The notes under the pieces: generated by a model | The model's input: only the letters and a program-made list of their open reading frames with translations | The model's database searches: none | Told to the model about the DNA's origin: nothing | Source of the DNA: an uncultured bacterium | Lineage (GTDB): Bacteria > Babelota > Babeliae > Babelales > Babelaceae | Assembly (NCBI GenBank): GCA_963824495.1 | Contig: CAWGPQ010000006.1 | Span: 10,596 to 42,595, forward strand | Direction of reading: 5' to 3' | Length of the DNA: 32,000 bases | Part shown: positions 8,261-16,964 of the stretch, piece by piece | Layout of the letters: the number at the start of each line of letters is the position of its first letter | Position numbering within the stretch: the stretch's first letter is position 1 | Program-made: the position numbers and the translations under genes

Positions 8261-9577
8261 ATGGGTATTACAAAGCCTGCTTGTGCTCGATATTTTCACA
8301 TACATGATAGCGTAAAAAAATTTGCTATTTACTGCTTGAGCTCAGCAGTACTCAAAAGCACGTCTGTTATGTTACTGCCTCTCACGCTCCACACATTAAA
8401 CCCTCAAGATATGGGTATTCTTTCGCTTGCCAATAGCTTTATAAGTATTGTCTCAGTACTTATGGGATGTGGTTTACGCCAGGTATTCTGGCTCGATTTT
8501 TTTCACCTCAATCAGCACAATCGTAATGAGCTGCTTGTCGATATTATAGCAGTTTATTGCGTACTCAGTCTTACAAGCATGCTCCTATTAATACTCAACA
8601 TAAGTTTTATTAATAGCTATATTTTTTTACTAAGTGCTTCACCTTTACTTATCATGCTCATTCTTACAATCTGCTTTTTCAGTTTTTTTGCTGAATTATT
8701 ATATCAAGTGCTTATATATCAGGGGCAAGCATGGGCGCTATCACTTGTTCAGCTTGCTGCCACTCTTATTTCAACAAGTACTATCCTTATAAGTCTACGC
8801 TATTTCGCTGGAGGTGTGATGCTCATTCTTATGGCAAACTTGCTCGGTACGCTTTTCGTGTCGATCATTGCTCTTGGGCTATTTCTCAAAACATCACTTA
8901 TTAGCTATTATAGCATTGGTCGATTACGCACAAGTTTTTTTTCATATATCAAGCGTGGACTGCCCTTTATACCCTCGGTATTGAGCGGATGGATACTAGC
9001 ATCAAGTAACCGATGGATGCTTGCTCATTATACTTCGCTCGCTGATGTTGGTGTCTATTCTCTTACAGAAATGCTCACAAGCATTTTTCAGGTTTGTATT
9101 CTTTACCCAATCAGCGGAGCATATTTACCCTCCCTCATGCAAGCTTTTGCTCAACACCCCAATAATATACATAACATCGACGCCTATAACAAAAAAATTA
9201 TGGCTACAAGCATGCTTGGCTTGAGCACAGGTGCCTGCTTGGGCTTTGTTGTAGGAAAAAGCTTACTATACCACTTTTTACCAAAAGCTTATTATCAAGC
9301 AATACCCTATCTTCTTATTACTGCGCTGGGCAATATATTTCTTATGGGTACGTATTTTAGCTCATGTAGTATTCAATTCTATAAAAGAACTACTTTTTTA
9401 GCTGGATCGTTAACATCCTCTGCAATGCTTACCCTTACACTGAGCGCTCTGCTTATCCCCCGGTACGGCTTGGGGGGTTCAGTAATTTCGCTTACATCGG
9501 CCTATACAGGTTATTTTTTTATAACGCTTGCATATAACCAATGGCTCCACATAGAAAATAAAAATTACTATATATAA
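8261..9577 (+). CDS. Wzx-like polysaccharide/oligosaccharide flippase (MOP superfamily) membrane protein
   Basis: 438-aa ORF that is hydrophobic throughout, with about 12 predicted TM stretches by eye. The N-terminal pattern (K.STSVMLLPLTLHTLNPQDMGILSLANSF) and its location in a sugar locus fit Wzx-type transporters. Confidence 0.6.
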   Translation: MGITKPACARYFHIHDSVKKFAIYCLSSAVLKSTSVMLLPLTLHTLNPQDMGILSLANSFISIVSVLMGCGLRQVFWLDFFHLNQHNRNELLVDIIAVYCVLSLTSMLLLILNISFINSYIFLLSASPLLIMLILTICFFSFFAELLYQVLIYQGQAWALSLVQLAATLISTSTILISLRYFAGGVMLILMANLLGTLFVSIIALGLFLKTSLISYYSIGRLRTSFFSYIKRGLPFIPSVLSGWILASSNRWMLAHYTSLADVGVYSLTEMLTSIFQVCILYPISGAYLPSLMQAFAQHPNNIHNIDAYNKKIMATSMLGLSTGACLGFVVGKSLLYHFLPKAYYQAIPYLLITALGNIFLMGTYFSSCSIQFYKRTTFLAGSLTSSAMLTLTLSALLIPRYGLGGSVISLTSAYTGYFFITLAYNQWLHIENKNYYI

Positions 9578-9660
9578 GTAGTATTGCAATTATATATTTA
9601 CAAATAGTAAACTAATAATAGAGCAAAATAAACTCAAAAAGTAACATTAAAGGAGATAGC

Positions 9661-10299
9661 ATGAAAAATATACGTATTGCCTTAGGCATCGCAATTCTTA
9701 CAAGTTTTAGTCAGTATTGTAGCGCTTATACCTGGAATGTAATAAATCTGACTGGTCAATCTGCAAACATTAAAATTAAGCCTGCATGTGTGGGAGAGGG
9801 TCCTTGGTCAAACGTGCCACCTTCGCCCGACTTGAAGCATCCTGTGAGAGTTCCCTTAAAGGCTCAGGAGGGTTGCTGTATTGCTGGTGTACAAGTAGAT
9901 GGAAAAGATGTTGATCTTAGGGCAATAACGAATGATCAATTGGCTAAGCTTATGTATATCTCTCCACTCCTGGGCATTGGAGGCGCTACTGCCGGTGCCA
10001 CTGCTGAGATTGTAGCTGGCTTTACGGCTGGAGCTGGTGTAGCAAGTGCAGCTGCCCCTATTGTAGCTGCAGTTCCTCCTATCGCAATAGGAGCAGCCCT
10101 AGCCGTAGTGGGAGCGGGAGCAGCAATTGGCATAACTGAAGCCATCGATAGATGCAAGAGCCGTGATCTTGTTGTAGGAACCGATGGTGCCTATCTGGTA
10201 ATAGAATCAGCTGAGGCAGTGGCTCACAAGGCAGTAAGCGAAACTCGTGAGTTTTTTGGGAAAATGAGAGGAAAGGTTCAAAGCCTTTTTCATGAATAA
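9661..10299 (+). CDS. Secreted Gly/Ala-rich protein, tandem family member 1 (long C-terminal variant)
   Basis: AAAGGAG RBS. Signal peptide MKNIRIALGIAILTSFSQYCSA, then YTWNVINLTG, CCIAGVQVDG, a variable G/A/P-rich hydrophobic tract, GITEAIDRCKSRDLVVGTDGAYLVIE, and the tail SAEAVAHKAVSETREFFGKMRGKVQSLFHE. Confidence 0.8.
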   Translation: MKNIRIALGIAILTSFSQYCSAYTWNVINLTGQSANIKIKPACVGEGPWSNVPPSPDLKHPVRVPLKAQEGCCIAGVQVDGKDVDLRAITNDQLAKLMYISPLLGIGGATAGATAEIVAGFTAGAGVASAAAPIVAAVPPIAIGAALAVVGAGAAIGITEAIDRCKSRDLVVGTDGAYLVIESAEAVAHKAVSETREFFGKMRGKVQSLFHE

Positions 10300-10756
10300 A
10301 CTAGAGTTCCCGCTCAGACCTATGACGAGATATTAAAGAAACGTGGAATTCACTGGCAATAGAGGCACTTCTAGCTGCCGCAGGCATAGGTACAGCATTT
10401 GGCATAACAGAGGCCATTGATAGGTGCAAAAGCCGTGATCTTATTATAGCAAGTGACGGTTGCCTATCTTGCGGTAGAAAAGAAACAAGAACAGGACCAA
10501 GGAACTGAATAATTACGATTAGATAAATCTTAAAAAAATAATATTTTACTATTATTTAGCTAAATTAAAACTTATTATTGCAGTTCAGCATAAATATTTG
10601 TTATTGTAGTATTAAGTAAATCAAAATAAAAGAAGGAAAGTAAAATGAAAAATACACGTATTGCTTTAGGTATCATAATTCTCACAGGTTTTAGTCAGTA
10701 TTGTAGCGCTTATACTTGGAATGTAATAAATCTGACTGGTCACCCTGCAACTATTA
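10120..10756 (+). repeat. Direct repeat copy A (637 bp, 100% identical to 11140-11776)
   Basis: Base-by-base comparison of the two blocks. The first mismatches are at 10119/11139 and 10757/11777. The repeat spans the 3' end of member 1, the relic, the AT-rich spacer and the first 112 nt of member 2. Confidence 0.95.
10326..10512 (+). pseudogene. Frameshifted 3' relic of a family member (short 'VVEKKQE' C-terminal type), copy 1
   Basis: No start codon. Reads ...IEALLAAAGIGTAFGITEAIDRCKSRDLIIASDG. An extra T at about 10461 then shifts the frame. The corrected frame gives AYLAVEKKQEQDQGTE*, matching the ends of members 3 and 4. Confidence 0.7.
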
Positions 10757-11319
10757 CGATTAAGCTTGTAGGATGCAAGGGCGACGGCATTTCGCAGCAA
10801 GTTCCACCCGCTGATTTGAAACATCCTAGTGGGAAAGCCTTTACCCCAACCAAAGAATACCAGCAAGTTTGCTGCATTGCTGGCGTACAAGTTAATGGAC
10901 ACGATATACCCTTTAAAGCACTAACGGACGAGCAGTTCGAAAAGCTAAAAACCGTCACGTTACCCGCAGGTTTGCTTGGTGGTGCAGCAGTTGGTGGTCC
11001 TGCTATTATCAGCGGTCTTTCTGTGCTTACCGGTGCGACTGCTGCGGCTGCAGTTGGACTTTCGGGTATTGAAACTGCAACTACGTTTGTAGCACCACCG
11101 GTTGCGATAGCAGGGGCTCTTGTCCTGGCAGGCGCAGGGGCAGCAATTGGCATAACTGAAGCCATCGATAGATGCAAGAGCCGTGATCTTGTTGTAGGAA
11201 CCGATGGTGCCTATCTGGTAATAGAATCAGCTGAGGCAGTGGCTCACAAGGCAGTAAGCGAAACTCGTGAGTTTTTTGGGAAAATGAGAGGAAAGGTTCA
11301 AAGCCTTTTTCATGAATAA
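10645..11319 (+). CDS. Secreted Gly/Ala-rich protein, tandem family member 2 (long C-terminal variant)
   Basis: AGAAGGAAAG RBS. Same signal peptide/YTWNVINLTG head and an identical 3' module to member 1. The unique variable core is 10757-11139. Confidence 0.8.
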   Translation: MKNTRIALGIIILTGFSQYCSAYTWNVINLTGHPATITIKLVGCKGDGISQQVPPADLKHPSGKAFTPTKEYQQVCCIAGVQVNGHDIPFKALTDEQFEKLKTVTLPAGLLGGAAVGGPAIISGLSVLTGATAAAAVGLSGIETATTFVAPPVAIAGALVLAGAGAAIGITEAIDRCKSRDLVVGTDGAYLVIESAEAVAHKAVSETREFFGKMRGKVQSLFHE

Positions 11320-11776
11320 ACTAGAGTTCCCGCTCAGACCTATGACGAGATATTAAAGAAACGTGGAATTCACTGGCAATAGAGGCACTTCTAGCTGCCG
11401 CAGGCATAGGTACAGCATTTGGCATAACAGAGGCCATTGATAGGTGCAAAAGCCGTGATCTTATTATAGCAAGTGACGGTTGCCTATCTTGCGGTAGAAA
11501 AGAAACAAGAACAGGACCAAGGAACTGAATAATTACGATTAGATAAATCTTAAAAAAATAATATTTTACTATTATTTAGCTAAATTAAAACTTATTATTG
11601 CAGTTCAGCATAAATATTTGTTATTGTAGTATTAAGTAAATCAAAATAAAAGAAGGAAAGTAAAATGAAAAATACACGTATTGCTTTAGGTATCATAATT
11701 CTCACAGGTTTTAGTCAGTATTGTAGCGCTTATACTTGGAATGTAATAAATCTGACTGGTCACCCTGCAACTATTA
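11140..11776 (+). repeat. Direct repeat copy B (637 bp, 100% identical to 10120-10756)
   Basis: See copy A. This copy spans the 3' end of member 2, relic copy 2, the spacer and the 5' end of member 3. Confidence 0.95.
11346..11532 (+). pseudogene. Frameshifted 3' relic of a family member, copy 2
   Basis: Identical to 10326-10512 because it lies inside the 637-bp repeat. Confidence 0.7.
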
Positions 11777-12189
11777 AAATTAAGCTTGCAGGGTGCAAGG
11801 GCGACGGAATTTCAAATCCTGATTCACCTCACAAGAACCCTATACCACCTTCACCTGATTTGAAGCATGCTGTAAAGATCCCCTTCACCGCAGAAAAAAG
11901 GTACCAAAAAAATTGTTGCATCGCGGGAGTCCAAGTTAATGGAAAAGATGTTCACTTTAGTGCCATATCAAAAGAGCAATTTCGCTTAGTCCCATCTATC
12001 TCTGGCCCAACCTCATTTGTTGCTGGTGTTGCAGCGGAGGCAGAGGCGGCAGCGATTCCATTAGCGACTGCGGGCGTAGGCGCAGCATTTGGCATAACAG
12101 AGGCCATTGATAGGTGCAAAAGCCGTGATTTAATTGTCGCAACTGATGGTGCCTATCTTGTGGTAGAAAAGAAACAAGAAGCTGCCTAA
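11665..12189 (+). CDS. Secreted Gly/Ala-rich protein, tandem family member 3 (short C-terminal variant)
   Basis: The 5' 112 nt are identical to member 2. YTWNVINLTG, CCIAGVQVNG, GITEAIDRCKSRDLIVATDGAYLVVEKKQEAA*. Confidence 0.8.
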   Translation: MKNTRIALGIIILTGFSQYCSAYTWNVINLTGHPATIKIKLAGCKGDGISNPDSPHKNPIPPSPDLKHAVKIPFTAEKRYQKNCCIAGVQVNGKDVHFSAISKEQFRLVPSISGPTSFVAGVAAEAEAAAIPLATAGVGAAFGITEAIDRCKSRDLIVATDGAYLVVEKKQEAA

Positions 12190-12229
12190 TATTGGGAACA
12201 AAAACTGAATAACTTAAAAGGTTAATACG

Positions 12230-12814
12230 ATGAAGATAAACTTATTAATGACGCTCGTCATCGCAACTCTTATAGGTTTTAGTCATTACTGTAGCGCTTA
12301 TACTTGGAACGTAATAAACCTAACGGGTATACCTTTAAATATTAAGATTAAGCTTGATCGATGTAAGGGCGAAAATCCTTGGAAAAACGTTCAGCCTTCA
12401 TCGCTAGCTAATCCAAAGGGGATTCTTATAACTCCAAGTAAACCATACCAACAAGGTTGCTGTATTGCTGGTGTACAAATAGGTATACCAGAAAAAGGCA
12501 CAAATACGATAAGGTGGAAAGACATTGAGTTTAAGGCTATATCACATGATCAATTGACTAGGGTCATGGCTTTACCTGGGGGTATTACTGGAGCCACAAC
12601 TATTGCAGGTCCAATAGAACTTGCAGCACTAGCTGAAATACCTGTTGCAGCTGCCGCTTTACCTGTAGCTATGCTAGGGACACTCCTATTTGCTGCAGGC
12701 GCAGGCGCAGCATTCGGCATAACAGAAGCAATTGATAGATGCAAAAGCCGTGATCTTATCGTCGCAAGTGATGGTGCCTATCTTGTTGTAGAAAAGAAGC
12801 AAGAAGCTGAATAA
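12230..12814 (+). CDS. Secreted Gly/Ala-rich protein, tandem family member 4 (short C-terminal variant)
   Basis: Signal peptide MKINLLMTLVIATLIGFSHYCSA, YTWNVINLTG, CCIAGVQIG, G/A-rich hydrophobic tract, GITEAIDRCKSRDLIVASDGAYLVVEKKQEAE*. Confidence 0.8.
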   Translation: MKINLLMTLVIATLIGFSHYCSAYTWNVINLTGIPLNIKIKLDRCKGENPWKNVQPSSLANPKGILITPSKPYQQGCCIAGVQIGIPEKGTNTIRWKDIEFKAISHDQLTRVMALPGGITGATTIAGPIELAALAEIPVAAAALPVAMLGTLLFAAGAGAAFGITEAIDRCKSRDLIVASDGAYLVVEKKQEAE

Positions 12815-12833
12815 TACCGTCAAGAAATACAGA

Positions 12834-14621
12834 TTATTTTGTACTTTTCTTATCGTGATCTTCGGGCATAAGCTGAAGACGATAGTCAGCAAGTTTACGA
12901 GCGTTAACAGGTGTAGGAGCATTCATAAGAGGATCATAGCCTGTTTGCGTCTTAGGAAATGCAATAACATCACGTATCGATGGACACTTCAGCAAGAGCA
13001 TGATTAAGCGATCAATGCCTAATGCAATACCCCCATGCGGAGGAAAACCAAGTTCTTGTGCTTCTAAAAGAAAGCCAAAATGATCACGCATTTCAGTCTC
13101 ATTAAAACCAAGAAAATCAAATACTTTGCGTTGCGTTTCAGGGTTATAAATACGTATAGAGCCACCACCTAATTCTACGCCATTAAGCACAATATCATAA
13201 GAGCGAGCCTTTATATCTTGGGGTTTCTTAAGCTCCCAATCTTCTTGTGGTGCAGTAAAAGGATGATGAACAGAGGCCCATCTCTTAGTTTCAGTGTCAT
13301 ATTCGAGTAATGGGAAGTCAGTTATCCATAAAAGCCGTAGCTGGTCATGAGGTATCCGATTAAGTGCATGAGCAAGCTGTAGACGCAGGCGGCCCAAATG
13401 TGTCCAGGCTTCTTTATAGGGGCCGGCGACTAAGAATAACGTATCGCCTGGTCCAACGCCAGGGAGAACTGTTGTAACCAATTCTAAAAAATGAGCGGGA
13501 AGGAAACGCGCTATCGGTGCTTCAGCGTGACCTTGCTCGTTAAAGCGAATCCAGAGCAATCCCTGTGCACCATTTTTACGTGTTTTTTCTACCCATGACT
13601 CAAGTTCTGAGCGGCTAAAGGGATGCTTTTGTATATGTAGAGCACCTATAATACCACCCTGATTAAGAACAGAGCGTAAAAAGCTTATATTCGTATCGCT
13701 AAATACTGTACTCAAATCATGAATTTTCATCTCAAAGCGCACATCAGGCTTATCTGATCCATATAGATTAAACGCTGTATCATAGGTCATACGTTGAAAG
13801 GGCGCGTGAATTTCGATATTAAAAATTTTCTTAAAAATATAGACAAGTAAGCGCTCAATAAGTACTTGAATATCAGCTTCGTTTATAAATGACATTTCAA
13901 GGTCAAGCTGGGTGAACTCAGGCTGTCGATCCGCACGTAAATCTTCGTCACGAAAGCAACGAGCAATTTGAAAGTAACGTTCAATGCCCCCAGCCATTAA
14001 AAGTTGTTTATAGAGCTGAGGTGATTGCGGTAGTGCGTAAAACGAGCCTTTAGCTATACGCGAAGGAACTAAAAACTCACGTGCTCCTTCGGCAGTATTT
14101 TTCGTAAGAATAGGCGTTTCTACCTCGTAGAATCCCTCATGAGTTAAAAATTCACGTATCGCAAATACCAAAAGATGGCGTGTTTTTATGCGGTACTGCA
14201 TAAGAGGTCTGCGCAAGTCCAAATAACGATATTTTAATCGTAGCTCTTCATCGACAGCGTCAGCATCTTCAAGCGCAAAGGGGAGAGTTTTTGACTTATT
14301 ATATATTGTAAGTGTTTGCACTTGTAGTTCAAGAGCACCTGTGGGAATCGTAGGATTAATAGTGTCAAGTGGTCGCAGAGCAACGGTACCGGTAACGCCT
14401 ATAACATATTCTGAGCGTAAGGTGTGAGCGAGTGCACGAGCATCAGCTGAAAAATCTTTGCTAAACACAACCTGCATAATACCGCTACGGTCACGCAAAT
14501 CGACAAAGATAAGGCTACCATGATCACGTCGCTTTTGAACCCAACCGACTAATGTAATTGCCTGACCTAACATCTGCTCAGTAACTGTACCGCAGCCCGT
14601 AGTGCGCTCAAAGTAGTCCAT
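12834..14621 (-). CDS. aspS: Aspartyl-tRNA synthetase
   Basis: GWVQKRRDHGSLIFVDLRDRSGIMQVV (OB domain), FRDEDLRADRQPEFTQLDLEMSF (class II motif 2), GGGSIRI, GIALGIDRLIMLL (motif 3). I place the start at MDYFERT (ATG 14621, AAGGGAA upstream) rather than the track start at 14657. Confidence 0.93.
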   Translation of the reverse strand: MDYFERTTGCGTVTEQMLGQAITLVGWVQKRRDHGSLIFVDLRDRSGIMQVVFSKDFSADARALAHTLRSEYVIGVTGTVALRPLDTINPTIPTGALELQVQTLTIYNKSKTLPFALEDADAVDEELRLKYRYLDLRRPLMQYRIKTRHLLVFAIREFLTHEGFYEVETPILTKNTAEGAREFLVPSRIAKGSFYALPQSPQLYKQLLMAGGIERYFQIARCFRDEDLRADRQPEFTQLDLEMSFINEADIQVLIERLLVYIFKKIFNIEIHAPFQRMTYDTAFNLYGSDKPDVRFEMKIHDLSTVFSDTNISFLRSVLNQGGIIGALHIQKHPFSRSELESWVEKTRKNGAQGLLWIRFNEQGHAEAPIARFLPAHFLELVTTVLPGVGPGDTLFLVAGPYKEAWTHLGRLRLQLAHALNRIPHDQLRLLWITDFPLLEYDTETKRWASVHHPFTAPQEDWELKKPQDIKARSYDIVLNGVELGGGSIRIYNPETQRKVFDFLGFNETEMRDHFGFLLEAQELGFPPHGGIALGIDRLIMLLLKCPSIRDVIAFPKTQTGYDPLMNAPTPVNARKLADYRLQLMPEDHDKKSTK

Positions 14622-14675
14622 TGAGTTCCCTTTATCAAGAGCTAGAGATAAACACATAATAGTTTATCATGAAAG

Positions 14676-16790
14676 TTAAAACTTGTATTCAACACCTATA
14701 CTTAACGTAAACGCTGGATCATGACCTAATATAGCAACTCGCTCTGCAGGCTTACGCTTATCTTTCTCGATATTGTTTTTTCCACCATCCAAATACTCGA
14801 TATACTTCTCCTGAGCTTTATTAAGCGGAACATGCCTCATATCTCTAAAATGAGAGCCAGGAATAAAGAGCGATCCAACAAAAAAGAACTTAAGATCATC
14901 AAGCAATAAACGTTCAGCAAATAAGTTAAGCTCTGTGCCCAAAAATTTTCCTGCAGTTTTAACTGGTGATGCTCTTTTATGATCACTATGTGCATCAGCT
15001 TCAAGAAGATCAAATCTTCTGGTAGGAGCATATTGCCAATAAGCAAGAATATTAGGATTAACTTCAAAGGGATACTTGCCTGCAGGTAATTTAAAGTAAA
15101 GCCCAGCGCCCGTAAAAATTAAATTCATAAAGCGCACAACGACGGTAGGAAAATGATCATCAAGTTTTCCTACGGGAACCGAGAGTAGTCGTGGAACTTT
15201 GCCACTTCCACTCAAGAAGAAAGCACTTTTTACGCGAAGACCGGTATATAATTCCTGTAGGCTAATAAAGCCCTTAAACTTTTTGTCTTCATGGGAATCA
15301 TGTAAATCTTTATGATCTTTATTAGGATGATCATCGCCTGTGGCAAATCCTGCTGTTACAGCAAGCTTAAGAGCCCGCTTATAAAGCCAATACGATATAT
15401 CACCAACAAACATTGCGCCGTGAAATGTATTACAATACGAATCAGTAAACCGGTGCTCAGCATTTTTAATGTGATCATGCCCGTACTCGGGGATTTTTTT
15501 CGCATTATGCTCTGTATCTTGAGGGGCGTTATTAATTACTTCCTGGCGCTCTTTTTTAAATATTGCTTTTTCACCCGGCTTATCTGGTTCAAGAGCATGG
15601 TCGGTGGCTAAAACGTGACTATTGACAAAGAAATCGGCGCCATCTCTGATCTCTTCGATAATAGTATTTCTATCGCGCTTCTTTACCTCTTGATTACCAA
15701 CATTAAAAGCAGTATCAAAACCAAATTCCCAGTTACCAAATTCTGCTTCAACAGCCAATCCAAGTGTACCTAACTTAGAATGTGCATCGCCAATAAATTC
15801 TATTTTTTGCTCACGTTGTTCTGTAAAAAGAGCATACGGTTCAAATGAAAGCTTTTTACCTGGTTCAGTAAACGGAAGCCAAAATAAACGTCCTGCAATA
15901 ATATAGTTAATTTTACCAAAACCACGTGCTGGATCAAACCGGGATCCAACTATTTGTGTTCTTACCCTCTCAGCTATATTATCAAGTGTATCGGCTCTAT
16001 TAAGCGCTATCTCTGCGTAGATATCGTATTTTATATTATATTTTTTCCAAAGATCGCCTGAGATCTTAAATCCTGGAGCAAACTGATCAATGGCATTAGG
16101 AGAATAATACCCAATAAAATCAGGATCGACACCGTAGGCAGATCCAAGTGCTATACCTCGCCCAAGTTCAAAAGGAAAGTATCCCATCGTTAACCGGTGC
16201 TTAGGCTCGCACGTAAGCCCTAGTATGTCATTAATAGATATCTCAAGCCATAGTTCACGAATCCAGAGCAAGTGTCGTGGTAAGAAGTGAAAGTGCTCAC
16301 CGCTGGTAGCCTCAAGATGTCTTATGCCCGTAAAGCTTGTAGCAAATATTTCAGGTGCTCCCCAATTAGCTTTGTTACGTATTGTACTCTTAAAGACAAG
16401 AACATCGCATCGATGCGACGCCCGACCGTAAATATACTGAAAATTAAAATCAAGAGTGTGACGACCGGGTATAAGTATGCGGTCAAGAATGGGCGATTTT
16501 ATGTTATTTTCATGATTTAAAAATTTAAGATTATTGGCATAAAGCCCATCAATGCGCAATTTCGTATAAAACTCCCAGCAGCTATCTCCCAAAACGCCTG
16601 AAAGTGGCATCTTCTTAATAGGATCTTTCGTTAGACTCAGAGCTGTCTCATCAGTAGTAAAAGGAGGTTTAATTTCCTCTTCGGTTACTGAAAGACGTTG
16701 ATTCTTGTCTGATGTTTGAGCACGCAATGAGCTTGCTAAAAAAACTCCACAAGTCACCGTGAATAGCCACAGTGACATACGCCTAATCAT
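14676..16790 (-). CDS. Outer-membrane beta-barrel protein (porin or alginate-export-like), family unassigned
   Basis: GAGGAGAATTT before the ATG. Signal peptide MIRRMSLWLFTVTCGVFLASSLRAQT. Alternating amphipathic/aromatic-rich sequence. The C-terminus ...LSIGVEYKF ends in Phe, as in BAM substrates. Confidence 0.6.
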   Translation of the reverse strand: MIRRMSLWLFTVTCGVFLASSLRAQTSDKNQRLSVTEEEIKPPFTTDETALSLTKDPIKKMPLSGVLGDSCWEFYTKLRIDGLYANNLKFLNHENNIKSPILDRILIPGRHTLDFNFQYIYGRASHRCDVLVFKSTIRNKANWGAPEIFATSFTGIRHLEATSGEHFHFLPRHLLWIRELWLEISINDILGLTCEPKHRLTMGYFPFELGRGIALGSAYGVDPDFIGYYSPNAIDQFAPGFKISGDLWKKYNIKYDIYAEIALNRADTLDNIAERVRTQIVGSRFDPARGFGKINYIIAGRLFWLPFTEPGKKLSFEPYALFTEQREQKIEFIGDAHSKLGTLGLAVEAEFGNWEFGFDTAFNVGNQEVKKRDRNTIIEEIRDGADFFVNSHVLATDHALEPDKPGEKAIFKKERQEVINNAPQDTEHNAKKIPEYGHDHIKNAEHRFTDSYCNTFHGAMFVGDISYWLYKRALKLAVTAGFATGDDHPNKDHKDLHDSHEDKKFKGFISLQELYTGLRVKSAFFLSGSGKVPRLLSVPVGKLDDHFPTVVVRFMNLIFTGAGLYFKLPAGKYPFEVNPNILAYWQYAPTRRFDLLEADAHSDHKRASPVKTAGKFLGTELNLFAERLLLDDLKFFFVGSLFIPGSHFRDMRHVPLNKAQEKYIEYLDGGKNNIEKDKRKPAERVAILGHDPAFTLSIGVEYKF

Positions 16791-16857
16791 AAATTCTCCT
16801 CAATGCACGTACCCTGGGATGATCTGGATCATTTTAAAGTTAATGTTTTTGTTTAAT

Positions 16858-16886
16858 TTGTCAATTAACACATCATTGAGTATCTT
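16858..16886 (+). promoter_or_regulatory. Candidate sigma70-type promoter for nfo
   Basis: TTGTCA (16858-16863), 17-nt spacer, TATCTT (16881-16886). It overlaps a tandem 12-bp repeat. Confidence 0.25.
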
Positions 16887-16964
16887 CAAGAGTATCTTCA
16901 AATACTTATGTTAGATGCACAAGACAGTTATTTTTTCAGCTTGTTTCTAGAAGGGTATTATTTC

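Noticed and set aside
10120-11776. The repeat structure as a CRISPR array or an insertion sequence.
   Set aside because: There are only two copies, 637 bp long, spaced 1020 bp apart, and they contain coding gene ends. There are no short regular repeat/spacer units, no transposase and no terminal inverted repeats.
9936-12744. Antisense ORFs inside the Gly/Ala-rich family genes (9936-10157, 10740-11177 and 12550-12744, minus strand), up to 145 aa.
   Set aside because: They lie exactly opposite the GCN/GGN-rich tracts, and the reverse complement of such tracts is naturally stop-free. They have no RBS. Their sequences are low-complexity Ala/Pro/Thr mirrors of the sense strand.
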